Shown: positions 1-13,783, numbered from the stretch's first letter. The stretch: 64,000 nucleotides of DNA from Octopus vulgaris (GCA_951406725.2 OX597821.1:79484001-79548000); one strand, 5' to 3'. Translations and numbers: made by a program. The notes: generated from the sequence alone by a model not told the origin.

Positions 1-3000
1 GGCATGTCGGCGAGACGGCACTACCGTGCCTTGACAGCTTGTCGCGAACAGGTAAAGCCGCACGGAAACACTGCCAGGCCAGGGATTTCTGGTAATTATC
101 CAGATACCCCGGCCCGAACGTCCTCCGGAACAGGTTGACCAACTGATTTTCATCGTAGCCCAGGGTCTCCCCCAAGGCGTCTTCGGACTTAACCTCCACT
201 AACCCGCTATAGAAATCCGTGGTGGAATTCCTGTTGCCGGCGTTGCCCACCCGAGAGAGTAGCTGGAGCGCCTGACGGCACTCCAAATGCCATTCACTCA
301 GTTTAGGTCTCCGCTTGATCCATGCACCGATGTCCGTTAGGGATGTTAACTGGGGAAAGTAGAACCGGACGTGCGGTGACCACACCTGCTCTCCATCCAG
401 GTAAAGCCAGAGGTGCCTCAACCTTAACGCGAGTTTTCGCATCCTCAGCCAAGGCATCCCTAGCCCACCCTTTAGCGGTTTCTGGCAGCAGACAGAGCGC
501 TTTACAAGTGGCTTTCCTCCTTTCCACAAAAATCGGAAAAGGATTCTCTCCAACTTGTTCAGCCACAAATCGGGGCAAGGCACCACGGTCAGACGGTAGG
601 TGATTACTGATGCTATAAACATCTGCACCACTTCCGCCTTCCCTAGCAGGGATAACGCCCGCCCAGACCAGGTTTGGGTTAGAGCGGTCACCATGTTGGC
701 CACCTCACTCCAATTTTTCTCAATCTGGAGGTCTGTCCCGAACCAGACTCCGAGCAGCTTAACAGGACCTTCCGTCCAACGCCCTACGACGTTATTGGAC
801 GGCATCGGCTTGCCCCTCCAGGTGCCGAGTTGCAAACCGACCGACTTGTCCTTGTTAACCTTTGCTCCTGCCACCGCCTCGTAGCTTTTGATGGCCTCTT
901 CCACCACTGGAAGCTGGCCTTCGTCTGCCACGATGATGGAGGTGTCATCCGCATACGCCGTAGCTCCTCTTCCACACCATGGATCATGCGGGGCGCCCCC
1001 TAGTGCCTCCAACTTCCGCAGCAAAGGCTCAAGAGCCAATACGTATAGGAGCGAGGACAGGGGACACCCTTGACGAACTGAACGCTCGATCCTGAACGGC
1101 TTCGAAAAGAAACCGTTCACCTTGACTACAGACTCGATGTCGCTATACAAAGCAGCGATCCAACCTCGAAAGGTCGGGCCTAGGCCAGCCTCTCCGAGGA
1201 CCGCCGCCAAGTACCGATGGTCGACCCTATCAAATGCTTTGGACTGGTCTAAATGTACCAGTGCTCCCCCTGCGCCAGAAAGCTTCCCCACCCTCTCTAA
1301 GGAGTAGCGTATAAGGTGGAGATTGTCGTAGATTGTTCTGCCAGGGATAGCGCACGTTTGCGCTTCCCCGACAAGTTTGTCCACGACCCGCGCCAACCTT
1401 TTTGCTAGCACCTTGGCCAGAATCTTTAACTCTGTGTTCAACTGAGTTATGGGCCTGAAGTTCCCTATCTCGTCCCCCTTGTTCGGGTCCTTCCTGATCA
1501 ACGTCACCGCCCCCCGGCTCGCAGACTTGGGAATTCTCCCATTCTGCTGCCAGTTGGCGTAGACGCTAGCCAGCAGGTGCCCGAACAAGTCTGGCATACT
1601 TTTATAAAATTCATAGGGCAGACCATCGAGACCCGGTGACTTCTCCCCGGGGCACTTGCCCAACACCTCGATTACTTCCTCGGCTGTGATTGGCCCTTCA
1701 CAGCACTCAGCCTCTCGTGTCGAGAGGCGCGGGCCATCAGACAGGAAGTCCCTAAGGGCCTCACCATGATCCAGCGTCCCGCACCTCCCGAACAACTCGG
1801 CAAAGTGCTTGTGAAGTGCCTCACACATCTCGTCCCGCTTCTTGATCGTGCATCCGTTTTCATCAACAAGAGACCCAATTGTGGCATCGTTTCCACGCTG
1901 TGTTTCTATCGTACGGGCCCATCCGGCAACATTAATTCCCTCACGGCCCAATGCTCGTACTTTAGCCCGAACTCTACATCCCTCATGTTTGGTTTTGAGG
2001 TGACGGTCTAATGCCGTTCTCGCCGCTAAAATGTGAGATGCAGAGCCCAACCTCAACGCTTCCTCTAAGTTCTTAACTAGTTGCCCTTCTATTCTAGCCC
2101 TATCTAGTCTTAGTTGTTTACTAAATCTAATGGACTCGAATCGAATGGCTCTTTTGAGGGCGAACCACCACCGGTTATTAACCACGGCTCCGGTTAACGC
2201 CCTCTGCACTAACACCTTAATCCGGCTACGGTATGCCTCGCGAGTCAAAATAGACTTGTTCAGCTTCCAGTAGCCGGTTCTTATCTTAAGTGTGCTATCT
2301 ATGTCCAGTCTACACGTAACCATTCTATGGTCAGTATAGGGCACCTGGACGAGCTGTGGACAACTAAAACTAGACTTATCTCTAGTTCTTATCACTATCC
2401 TGTCTAGATAAGACTTGAACCTTCCGTTGCCACTCATCCAGGTCCACTCTGGGACGTTCGGATGGTCAAGTCTGTAACGATCTGCCAGCTGAAACCGCTT
2501 AAGCAGATCCACGAGACGTGAGTTCACTTTCCTATAGATCGAGCCAACGCTATCGATGTGTACGTCAACGATAGCATTAAAGTCCCCTAATATCACTAAA
2601 GTCTTCGACGTCACGAGAAAGCCCTCTAGGCGCCGATAAAAATCAGTTTGGAAACCTCTAGCACAAGGTGCATAGAGTCCGATCAACCTGAAGGCCTTAC
2701 TGCTGTATGTCACATCAAGGACGACCAGCCCACCTTCTGGGTCTACATAGACTGTACTTGTCTGCAGAGCCAAGTCTTTACGGATCAGTACCACTACACC
2801 CCCTCGCCCTCCGGTCTGGCCAGGTGACATGATTTTCTCGCAGCCATTCAGGAGAGGCGAGAAGGTTTGTAGGCTGTCCAGCTTGGTCTCTGTAGCAACC
2901 ATCACATGTATATCATGTGATCTGAGGTCGTCGAGGAAACAAGCCTGCTTCCACTTCGAACTCAGACCACGCACATTTAAACAACCAAGGTTAAGAGAAG

Positions 3001-3004
3001 CTAT
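1..3004 (-). CDS. Tx1 ORF2, endonuclease-reverse transcriptase, open to the window edge
   Basis: IASLNLGCLNVRGL...ATETKL...LYAP at the start and TAYADDT at about 941-961 are in the same frame. Absent from the ORF track, consistent with no stop before position 1. Confidence 0.88.
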   Translation of the reverse strand, partial: MASLNLGCLNVRGLSSKWKQACFLDDLRSHDIHVMVATETKLDSLQTFSPLLNGCEKIMSPGQTGGRGGVVVLIRKDLALQTSTVYVDPEGGLVVLDVTYSSKAFRLIGLYAPCARGFQTDFYRRLEGFLVTSKTLVILGDFNAIVDVHIDSVGSIYRKVNSRLVDLLKRFQLADRYRLDHPNVPEWTWMSGNGRFKSYLDRIVIRTRDKSSFSCPQLVQVPYTDHRMVTCRLDIDSTLKIRTGYWKLNKSILTREAYRSRIKVLVQRALTGAVVNNRWWFALKRAIRFESIRFSKQLRLDRARIEGQLVKNLEEALRLGSASHILAARTALDRHLKTKHEGCRVRAKVRALGREGINVAGWARTIETQRGNDATIGSLVDENGCTIKKRDEMCEALHKHFAELFGRCGTLDHGEALRDFLSDGPRLSTREAECCEGPITAEEVIEVLGKCPGEKSPGLDGLPYEFYKSMPDLFGHLLASVYANWQQNGRIPKSASRGAVTLIRKDPNKGDEIGNFRPITQLNTELKILAKVLAKRLARVVDKLVGEAQTCAIPGRTIYDNLHLIRYSLERVGKLSGAGGALVHLDQSKAFDRVDHRYLAAVLGEAGLGPTFRGWIAALYSDIESVVKVNGFFSKPFRIERSVRQGCPLSSLLYVLALEPLLRKLEALGGAPHDPWCGRGATAYADDTSIIVADEGQLPVVEEAIKSYEAVAGAKVNKDKSVGLQLGTWRGKPMPSNNVVGRWTEGPVKLLGVWFGTDLQIEKNWSEVANMVTALTQTWSGRALSLLGKAEVVQMFIASVITYRLTVVPCPDLWLNKLERILFRFLWKGGKPLVKRSVCCQKPLKGGLGMPWLRMRKLALRLRHLWLYLDGEQVWSPHVRFYFPQLTSLTDIGAWIKRRPKLSEWHLECRQALQLLSRVGNAGNRNSTTDFYSGLVEVKSEDALGETLGYDENQLVNLFRRTFGPGYLDNYQKSLAWQCFRAALPVRDKLSRHGSAVSPTC

Positions 3005-3021
3005 TACAAAAAGTAAAAGTT

Positions 3022-4360
3022 CTACTTAGATTTCGTTGGAGAGGTTGGGGCCGACCTCACCACACATTTGTGGGCCCCTTCTTTCTCCTCCTTCATCAGA
3101 TAGTCCGGCAAGTTCGCGATATGCCGGATGGCGTTTGGTTGTCTGTCTTTTAATTGTTTGAACGTTGTTTCCGCAATCCACGCATATCTCTCGTTTCGAT
3201 CTTTGTATTTCTTGTACAGTCTTGCTGACTGATGCGGAACCACAATATCGTTTATGTATTTGTTTTGTGTGTCGAATTCAATTAATATGAGTTCATTTTT
3301 TTTGTCTTCTTTTTCTGGGCCAGTTGAGCGGGATTTTTTTTCGTGTCTGTGGTGTGTCTTTGTTTTTATTATTTTTTGTAGGGGATGTGGACGGGGATGA
3401 TGCACGAATTCTTTTACGAACTGTTGTAAATCCCCCCTCTGATACCTCCATGGTATCGTCTGGGGTAGCAATAGTTTGTTCAATAGGCGCCGCAGTTTTT
3501 AAGGGGGTGGGAGGTTTTAAAAATGTAGGGGTTTGTGAGTGCGAGGGCTGGGTTTTTTCTTCAGTTTGTTTTGGGGTTGGCACCGTAACAGCAGGAGTGG
3601 GATTTTTTGTTTTTGTAGGGGTGGGTGAGTTTGCAAGGGTAGGGATTTTTTTATTATCTGAGGGGCCTGGTGTCTGCGGTTTCTTTTGCTTGTCTGGACA
3701 GTCTACACGAATGTGGCCCTTTTTGCCGCAGGCGTAACAGGTGGGTCTTCGGCCTTCGACCTGTACCCTGAGGGCTACGTTCTCGCCCACGAGCACCCTC
3801 TCAGGAAGGAGCTGCAGGTCCTCCGGTGTTCCTTGAATTATTATATTAATGTTTCGCCCAAGCCAATATAGCGGGGCAGAGCATGTTACTTGTAGTATTT
3901 TAATTTTGTCCGTCCTTTTATATAACAGGGAGGCCACTACCTCTACCGGATCTACTTCCGGCGGGGCTTCTGCAATCCTGACCCGGGACGTCCTGCGTCC
4001 CCTATAGCTTGGGAAAAGTACCACCTCCTTGGTTTTTAGGGGGTTCACAGAATGCCCGCGGGCCACCTCTTCCCCCGAGAAGCGGACATCCACAGTGCCA
4101 TATGCCCGTCCCCTGGCGACGTACACAATGTCCTTCCAAATCGGGGACAGGCATTTCTCGATGGTGTTTTTTTCAAAGTGTTTGAGCCTTCTGCTTTGTG
4201 GACAGAAGGTTTTAAACACTACGGTCCGCTTCTCGGTCTCCACGATACTTTTTCTTCCAGTTTTTCTTCCAAAGCAGTTCAATAGTTCAAAAAATTTCAA
4301 TTCCCACCCCCATTCGGTGGAGGGGCACGAAAATAGTCTGGCAAGACTATATATAGTCAC
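3022..4360 (-). CDS. Tx1 ORF1 (zinc knuckle CYACGKKGHIRVDC), probably frameshifted near 3335
   Basis: ORF 3293-4360 plus overlapping ORF 3022-3483, whose C-terminal part looks like the continuation; an A-run lies at about 3333-3341. Confidence 0.75.
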
Positions 4361-4574
4361 GTAGATGAAAAAGCCACAATGGCTAACAGTTCAACCGGAG
4401 AACAAGACAGTTCAACAACGTTCAAAAACAAATTTTCAGTAGTAAAATTCAACAATTAACAACACAGCAAAACTCTTACCGGGAAGAAAACGCGTCCAAA
4501 CCGTAGTAAGGTAAGCAAAGTCACTCTTTAGTCAGTGAGGTTAGCAAGCTACTTACCACACAGCCACTCCTGCG

Positions 4575-4686
<112 letters not shown>

Positions 4687-4942
4687 CACATATATATATA
4701 CATATATGCGACGGGCTTCTTTCAGTTTCTGTCTACCAAATCCACTCACAAGGCTTTGGTCGGTCTGAGGCTATAGTAGAAGACACTTGCCCAAGGTGCC
4801 ACGCAGTGGAACTGAACCCGGAACCATGTCGTTGGTAAACAAGCTACTTACCACACAGCCACTCCTGCGCCTTTGCTGTTTACCTCATTTTATAAGGGTT
4901 TTTTTTATAAACTTTCTTTTTTCCCATTTTTTTATTTAAAAG

Positions 4943-5028
4943 ACATGGACCTCAAAGAAATCATAGAAAAAATTGAAGCCGGTGACATGGATGGTGCGAA
5001 AAACATGGTAGAACAATATTCAGGAAGC
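4943..5028 (+). CDS. ANK-RING-Death (Mind bomb-like) gene, first visible exon: MDLKEIIEKIEAGDMDGAKNMVEQYSGS
   Basis: Pyrimidine tract and AG at 4941-4942, ATG at 4945, donor GTAAGT at 5029. Phase 0 joins the next exon. Resembles the helix before the first MIB ankyrin repeat. May be an internal exon of a gene starting upstream. Confidence 0.7.
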
Positions 5029-6089
5029 GTAAGTTGTTCATTGTATTGCTTTCTCAAAGTTGGCAATTTATTTATTAATTTAGACATAACTAGCAGTATT
5101 GCCCGCCGTTGCTCAGGTTTGTAAGGGAAATAACTATATAAGCACTTTTAGAGAGTTACTTCCCTTATATAAACCGAGCAAAAGATGGATTAAAAATGCG
5201 GAAAAATGATGGTAATTTTTTTAAATCGTAGACTCATCGTAGACGCGCGCTAATACCCAGAAGGGCTCGATATGAATGACGACTATAAGATACCCGCTTT
5301 TGGTTAAACTGCACCGCAAAATGTGGGAGTAGTTAGGAATCTAAATCGGAGGAGACGGACTCTCACACAACTTCAGTTTTATATATAAAGATATATATAT
5401 ATATATATATATATACGACTAGCAGTATCGCCCGGTGTTGTTCGGGTTTGTATTTTTTTTTAATCGTAGACTCATCATAGACGCGCGCTAATACCCAGAA
5501 GGGCTCGATATGAATGACGACTATAAGATACCCGCTTTTGGATAAACTGCACCGCAAAATGTGGGAATAGTTAAGAATCTAAATCGGAGTAGACAGACAC
5601 ACACACAACTTCAGTTTTTGAAATCTTCCAAACTAACCACATGTATTTGTCCATTATATTTCCTTTCGTTCTTCACCTCTTTCTTCTAATCATCATCTTT
5701 GCTAGTTTTTATAAATACTTAATCAAAGCTAGAAGCATGCCAGAGGTGATTGAATAGGAGTTCACATATTGCAATGGAGTATTCCCTACATCATGGTTCT
5801 GGGTTCAGTCCCATTGCATGGCTTCTTGGACAAGTGTCTTCTGTTATAGTTTCAGGCCGTCCAAATTCTTGTGAATGGGTTTGATAGACCGAAACTAAAT
5901 GAAGCCCACTATGGAGGTGCTGTATAGTTGGGTAAGACAAATACAGGTGGATCAGTTAAATATGATTTTATACATTTTCCACTCTCAGATTCACACACTT
6001 ATGCAGCGGACTTTCAGATTTTCTAAACCCTGTAAAAGAACTCGAAACTTTGGGCCACGAAACAGGCCCTTTGCGATATCCTTACATCG

Positions 6090-6157
<68 letters not shown>

Positions 6158-6830
6158 CAGAGAATGTGAGTCGGTCTTCCTGCCTGTCTGCCTGTGTGTC
6201 TATATGTGTGTATCCTAGGGCGGCGAGCTGGCAGAAGCGTTAGCACGCCGGGCGAAATGCTTAGCAATATTTCGTCTGCCGCTACGTTCTGAGTACAAAT
6301 TCCGCCGAGGTCAACTTTGCCTTTCATCCTTTCGGGGTCGATAAATTAAGTACCAGTTACACACTGGGGTCAATGTAATCGACCTAATCCGTTTGTTTGG
6401 CGTTGTTTGTCCCCTCTGTGTTTAGCCCCTTGTGGGTAGTAAAGAAATATATATGTGTATCATTAAAACTCGAGAACTACCCAACCGATTTCATTCGAAT
6501 TTTATACACGCATTACTTAAGTTCCATGAAGTGTCTTTGACCAAACGAATTCTAAACTTCTTGCCTAATTCGAGCACGAAGGAATCTTTCATCGCGTACA
6601 CTGTTTCGGTATTACATGTCAAAAGTGAAACAATAACATCTCTAATGTAATGTGATATAATAATTTCACTATATACTTTCAATTTCAGTCATTTTCACTA
6701 TGTATTTATATACATGTTTCTATATGTATGTATATGCATGTATGTATATATATATATAGGTATGTTTGTATGTATATACATATACATATACATATATACA
6801 TGTATTTATATACGTATATATTTATATCTT

Positions 6831-6863
<33 letters not shown>

Positions 6864-6867
6864 GTAC

Positions 6868-6901
<34 letters not shown>

Positions 6902-7083
6902 GTGTGTGTGTGGGTGTGTGTATACACATATATATATGTATACATATATATATATATATATATATAGTTGCCCATTTTGTATAAGACATTGTAGATCTTT
7001 AGCTGGGCTAAAAAAAGTCACATTCGATCACAGGAACAGTTAAGCTTCGTGCAATGGTCATACTCGATAACGAGGGGGCAGCC

Positions 7084-7139
<56 letters not shown>

Positions 7140-7841
7140 TGTATGTATATATTGATAAAAATGGCAAAATAACAAAAGAATGAAATAGACCTCGATATTA
7201 TGTAAATAGAGGAATTTATCTGTAAATGTAATATGTGACGATTATTCAAATATGTACGTTTTCAAGTGAGGGCGGATGAATGTATACTTTTAGGTGTAGG
7301 CACGTGGGTGTGCGGCCGCGCATGTGCAGGTATGAACAGGCGCGCTTACGCGAATACTATGAACTATTTTACTCCCTCCCCTTAATTAGCGGTCATTCAA
7401 ATAGCTTTTTTGTCTTAATAACGGTCAATCACACAGTAATTTCCCTTTGTATAATGGTCATTTTTCATAGCATTTTTCCGATGGCTGGAAAACTGAAGAG
7501 AGGGCGGCGTGGATTTCCACATCGGCATCCGAAACTCGGGGTTTTATCATGGCTACCAAATAATTGTCACATATTACATTTACAGATATGTATGTATATA
7601 TATATATGTGTGCGTGTGTATGTATTTATATGTATGTATACATATATATGTAAATATAAGTATATATATATATAAATATATATATATATATTCATGTATA
7701 TATATTTATGTATGTATATTTATGTATATATATATATGTGTATACATATATATATATAAGTATATATATATATAAATATATATATATATATTCATGTATA
7801 TATATTTATGTATGTATATTTATGTATATATATATATGTGT

Positions 7842-7883
<42 letters not shown>

Positions 7884-8060
7884 AGGTATATATGTGTATA
7901 TATATATGTATATTTATATATATAGAGATGCATGTATATTTATGTATATATATGTTTGTATATATATACATGTATATATATATATGTATCTGTATGTATA
8001 TATATATGCGTATATATATATGTATGTATATGTATATATACGAGTATATATGTGTGTGAA

Positions 8061-8434
8061 GTACTGAACGAACAGTTCTAAAGAGTGTTCACTACACCGC
8101 TGGGGCACAGGCAGGTGAACAAGCCAGCAGAATTCCTTGATACTTTACCTGTGGCCAAAGTGGCAAAAATTGAGTGCATAGACACTGAAGATGTAATACT
8201 GGCCATAGATGAGGTTGACACAAACTCAGCTGCTGGCCCTAAAGGAGTTCCAGTGGTCCTTCTCAAATCATTCAAGCGAGCCATTGCAAAACCACTGCAG
8301 CTTCTTTTCAGAGCTTCCTTGGAAGTAGTATGCTTCCAGACAAACTGAAGGAAGGGATAATATGCCCTATCCAGAAGGGAGGAAGCAGGGCAGATGTTAA
8401 GAATTATAGCTCTCTCTCACTCTCTTTCTCTCTC

Positions 8435-8502
<68 letters not shown>

Positions 8503-9427
8503 TCTCTCTCTCTGACCTCACACATCAGCAAAGTCATGGAACAAATAGTCAGCAAGAAACTAATCGAGTTCCTCGAAGAAAATTACTTGCTGACTGACAC
8601 CCAGGAGGAATTTCGACCAGGTAGAAGCTGTCTAACACAGCTCCTGCAACACTACGACTGGGTGTTAGAACAGCTGCTGAATGACTCAAATGTGGATGTG
8701 ATATATCTCGATTCTGCAAAGCCTTTGACGAAGTCGACCATGGTATGATATGTTACAAACTGCGTGATTTAGGCATAGGCGGAAAACTTGGAGAGTGGCT
8801 GCATAACTCTCAAAAAGATAGACGTCAGGCAGTGGTGGCCAATGCAGTCACCTCCAAGAAAACACAAATAGCAAGAGGTGTTCCATAGGGCACTGTCTTA
8901 AGGCCACTGCTATTCATAGTGCCTCTCTCAGACATGCCCTCAGCTGCTCAGATAGGCACCGTTGCTAGCTATGCAGATGGCACGAAAGTCTCTCAGATAA
9001 TACAAAATCCTGGAAATATTGCAAATTTGCAGCAGGAGTTGGACGCAATATACAGATGGGCTGAGGACAACAACATGCAGTTTAATGCAGGAAAATTCCA
9101 GGCCCTCACACAAAGCTAAACATGCAGACAGGATACACTGGCCCAGGAGGGTTTGAAATCCCTGAATCAAAATTAATGCGTGACCTGGGCACTGACATGA
9201 GCAAAGATGCATCTTTTCAATTTGGTAATAAAATGCAGCCGGATGACTGGTTGGATGCTCCGAACTTTCAAAACAGGAGAAAAGGAGACATTGATGATCC
9301 TTTCGAGGACATACATCTTCAGCCGCTTGGACTACTGCCCCCAACTATGGTCACCACACACTATAAAATCCACGGCGGAACTCGAAGCAATCAAATGAAT
9401 CTACACAAAGAAAATTGTCTTGATACA
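8061..9427 (+). mobile_element. Degraded CR1-type LINE reverse transcriptase fragment
   Basis: FRPGRSCLTQLL, VDVIYLD, YADGTK and LDYCPQLWSP split across frameshifts; (CT)n expansion at 8410-8512. Confidence 0.85.
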
Positions 9428-9828
9428 TTATAGGCGCATGAGTGACTGTGTGGTAAGTAGCTTGCTAACCGACCACATGGTTCCGGGTTCAGTCCCACTG
9501 CGTGGCATCTTGGGCAAGTGGCTTCTACTATAGCCCCGGGCCGACCAATGCCTTGTGAGTGGATTTGGTAGACAGAAGCTGAAAGAAGCCTGTCGTATAT
9601 ATGTATATGCGTGTATTTGTTTGTGTGGCTGTGTTTGTCCCCCTAGCATTACTTGACAATGGATGCTGGTGTGTTTACGTCCCCGTCACTTAGCGGTTCG
9701 GCAAAAGAGACCGAGAGAATGAGTACTGGGCTTACAAAGAATAAGTCCCGGGGTCGATTTGCCCGACTAAAGGCGGTGCTCCAGCATGGCCGCAGTCAAA
9801 TGACTGAAACAAGTAAAATAGTAAAAGA

Positions 9829-9872
<44 letters not shown>

Positions 9873-9947
9873 CCTTGTGAGTGGATCAGGTAGACGGAAA
9901 CTGAAAGAAGCCTGTTGTATATATATGTATATATATATATATATAGA

Positions 9948-11258
9948 TAAGAAAGTTTGTTTGGTAAAGCACGTGGGTGAATATATAAGAAAATAGTAAA
10001 GTGTGAAAAAACGACAGAAGGCTTAAATGTTAAAAAATATATGTATTTGTGTCAAAATGTCTGGAGAATATTGGAAAAATTTTTTTTCCTTTCCTTAAAA
10101 TGACATAATTTTAAAAATTTTTTAAGAAATTACCGGTTTCGCGTGTAGCTTTTCAAATTTCTTGTGACGTTATGTTTATATTGCATGGAATTATCGTTGT
10201 TTTTATTTCCAGGAGATTTCTAAATAAGGGGAGGTAGTGAGTGATTTTTTCCGGTGTAGGGGAGATAATCGCTTAAAAATTTTTTTTTTTTTCCTTTTTT
10301 CCTTGTTAATTTCTCTGTGTCAGTATGTTCGGATGGTTGAGTCTGGGTTTGTACTTTTCAATGAAGAATGTTTCCTTGTTCAGTCTCATTTGTGTTGATG
10401 ATCCGAAAGCACATTGGTAAAATGGGAAGATTAAAAATTGTGGCAGTAGTTGCTTTGCGCATTTCTCAATGTGCTCACTAAAAGGTATCATTCTATATTC
10501 TGGGAATGCAATCTGTTGTCGATGCAGTGTGCATCTACGCCTGAGTGATAGTCCCGTGGAACCCACGTAGTCTTGGTGGCAGCCCGAGCATTTAATAACA
10601 TAAATTATGTTTTCAGAGGCACAAGTAAAGTTAGATTTGATCTTAAATTTCTGTCCCTCTTTAAAGAAGAATTCTGATCCTTCCAATAGGTTAGGACATG
10701 TTGCACAGTTCGATCTACCACATTTTTTTACTTTTGCATCCGTAATTTTAGAAGACAATTTTGCCTTTGTGAGAATCTTTTTAAGTGATTTAGGCTGTTT
10801 GTAGCTTTTAATGATTTGGTGTATGTTTAGAATTTCCTTTAATTTTGGGTTTTTATGAAGTATTGGTAAATTCTGGGTGATGATGGTGAAGGCTTCTTTG
10901 TTTCTGGGGTTGTATGTAGATATGTAAGGTAGTATTTTCGGGGAAGGTGTGTTGTTGTGTTGAACTTTTCTTAAAGTTTCTATGTTGATTTCTGTTGCAC
11001 GTCTGATCCCATCCTCTATGAGTTGAGCTGGGTAATGTCTGTCAATTAGGGTGTTTTTGAGTTCTTGCAGTCTAAAGTTCCTGGTATTTTGTTCTGACAC
11101 TATTGTGCATATCCTTCTTGCAAGGTTGAAGGGGATGTTTGTTTTAGTGTGTCTTGGGTGGCATGAATTAAAAAGAAGGTATTGTTTGGCGTCTGTGGCT
11201 TTGTAAAAAAATGTCTGTTTCTATTTTAAGGTTAATTTTTTTAATTACTATATCCAAG
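9948..11258 (-). mobile_element. Penelope-like element (Neptune-like), 3' part with GIY-YIG endonuclease ORF 10306-11100
   Basis: CGRSNCATC, NIIYVIKCSGC..DYVGST, R...H and E.FFI......LN motifs; hammerhead-like motif downstream; flanked by (TA)n. Confidence 0.85.
10125..10162 (-). ncRNA. Degenerate minimal hammerhead 3' of the PLE GIY-YIG ORF
   Basis: agaaat-TTGAAAA-gctacacgc-GAAA-ccgg-TA-atttct; core mutated. Confidence 0.5.
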
Positions 11259-11503
11259 TATACATACATATATATATATGTATGTATGTATGTGTGTAAA
11301 TGTTTGTGTGTCTGTATTTGTCCCCCTAGCATTGCTTGACAACCGATGCTGGTGTGTTTCCGTCCCCGTAACTTAGCGGTTCGGCAAAAGAGACCGATAG
11401 AATAAGTACTGGGCTTACAAAGAATAAGTCCCGGGGTCGATTTTCTCGACTAAAGGCGGTGCTCCAGCATGGCCACAGTCAAATGACTGAAACAAGTAAA
11501 AGA

Positions 11504-11599
<96 letters not shown>

Positions 11600-11888
11600 G
11601 AATTTTATGTGTGTGTGTGTGTGTGTGCGTTTATGTGTCTGTGTCCCCCCACCATCGATTGACAACCGGTCTTGGTTTGTTTATGTCCTAGTAACTTAGC
11701 GGTTCAGCAAAAGAAAACGACAGAATAGGTATTAGGCTTACAAAGAATAAGTCCTGGGATCGATTTGTTCGACTAAAGGCGGTGCTCCAGTATGGCCAGA
11801 GTCAAATGACTGAAACAAGCCAAAGAATAAAAGAATATATTTATATATATAGGTGCAGGTGTGGTTGTGTGGTAAGTAGCTTGCTTAC

Positions 11889-13070
11889 TTCCGGTTAACC
11901 AGAATGCAACACTAGTTGGTCTGAACTGTTACAGTGAGATGTGAGTTTCGGCTCCGCGAATAGAAAAAAAGAACAAAAAGAAAAATTGTCAATTATGGCT
12001 CACTATACAGAGCAAAATATTGGGTTCTCATCACCGTAACGGTGAATTGAGAATTTTTGCTTGAAAATTCATTTTGTAAATTCTGCTGGGCGTATCTCGC
12101 CACAAAAATAAGAATAAGCCATTTGGATTACCTTTTTGGAGTATTATACAAAGGATTCCCTATCTGTACTATTTGTGAGGTTTTTCTTTTACTTTTCCCT
12201 TCTATTTTTTCTTTCTTTCTAAATGTTGGTTCATTCTTTTCATTACTTTAATTTCAGTGTCCTCCCCTCCTCTTTTATTTTGTTTTATTTTTATTCGGTT
12301 TAATTTTTTGGCAGACTGTCTTTTGAACTACTTTTGAACTGTTTTTTGACATGGCAGAGAAGGAACTTAAAAAGAAAAACTCTGTCTTAGTGTGGGAAAT
12401 TAACCCGCCTAAGCAGTGGTTAAAAGATATGGAGAAGATGGTGGTACTTAGAACTTATTCTAAAGTTCTTAATTCCATTACCGTCTTCCCAAAACAAGTC
12501 ATAAAAATTGAACTTAAAGAACATTTGTCCACTTTAAAATATATATCCCGTGGTGTCAAACATGCAACCGTATGGTTGCTGTTTGACAACGGGGAAAAAG
12601 CTCGCCAGTTTGCGAGTCAGCCTTTAGAAGGCAAGGAAATACTGTTTCTCCCGTCATATTGTGGAAGAAAATTAATACGAGCCTGGATATGTGGGCTCCC
12701 CCCGGGCACCGAAGCGGATTGGATTGAAGATACCATCCGACGGGGACTGGGGGATGGCGGGCCCAGGCTCTTAAATGTAAGGGTATTGTCGGCGGTCGAT
12801 TGGGAAGGATCAAAAGCGATTTTGACCCTGTGGACCCCATCGACCACAACAGATCAAGTTTTTCCAAATTTCTTGAAAATGGCTGGCTGCAGGTATCCGG
12901 TGATACTAGAGGGACGTCCCCCCAAGTGTCACTCGTGCCTGCAGCCAGGCCACATTAAAAGGAACTGCCCCCAGGTAAGGTCCTGGAACAGTCACTAGAT
13001 GCCACCTCCCCTACCCGGTCAAAGGGAGAGGTGGATGTGGTCGAGGAGGCTTCAGCCTCCTCAACTCAAA
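11889..13070 (+). mobile_element. Second Tx1-like element, 5' fragment with ORF1 (12351-12998)
   Basis: EGRPPKCHSCLQPGHIKRNC knuckle and LFLPSYCGRK, similar to LFPSYRGRR in the first element; no ORF2. Confidence 0.8.
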
Positions 13071-13702
13071 AAGGATTAAAAAGGCAATAAGTCCTGGGGT
13101 CGATTTGCTCGACTAAAGACGGTGCTGCAGTATGGCAGCAGTCGAATGACTGAAACAAGCCAAAGTTTAAACGAATCTCTATATATATAAAACTGAGAAT
13201 GTGTGTCTGTCTGTCTGTGTGTTTCCCTAAAACTTGAGAACTACACAACCAATTTCATTCAAATTTTACACATGCCTTACTTAAGGTCCGGGGAGTGTCA
13301 TCGGCAAAAATAATGTTAACTTTTTCCCTAGGGCGACCCCACAGCAATATCATATCTTCTCCACTATTACAGTATTACGTGTTAAAAGTGAAACAAAAAC
13401 ATATCTCTTTTGTAATGCAGACACTTTCACTTTAATACTGAAACTATTAAAGTGAAAGCATTATATAACAGGGTTTGTCCCCTCTATGTTTAGCCCCTTG
13501 TGGGTAATAAAGAAACAGATGTGTGTGTGTGTTCGCGCGCTTGTGATTGTGTGTTTGTGTGTGTATGTATGTGTGTGTATGTGTATGTGTGTGTGCGTTT
13601 CGTCCATCTTTCTTGTCCTTGTTTTTTTCTCTTTTTTCTCCAACATGTTCACTCATGCATCTGCCTTACTCTCCGTCTGCCTCTCTCTCTCTCTCTCTCT
13701 CT

Positions 13703-13742
<40 letters not shown>

Positions 13743-13783
13743 CCTTTAATTTATTTCAAAAGCCCTCACTCTCTTCACTTCAG

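Larger units (their letters stand above)
1..4520 (-). mobile_element. Tx1/L1-clade non-LTR retrotransposon; 3' part lies outside the window
   Basis: ORF1 with CCHC knuckle plus ORF2 with APE endonuclease and reverse transcriptase; GC-richer than the host DNA. Confidence 0.92.

Noticed and set aside
303-2011. Short ORFs on both strands in the first 2 kb
   Set aside because: Alternative-frame and antisense by-products of Tx1 ORF2
6700-8067. Many ORFs of YIYI, HTHT, CVCV or SLSL type here and throughout the window
   Set aside because: Translations of (TA)n, (CA)n, (TATG)n and (CT)n microsatellites; no coding signal
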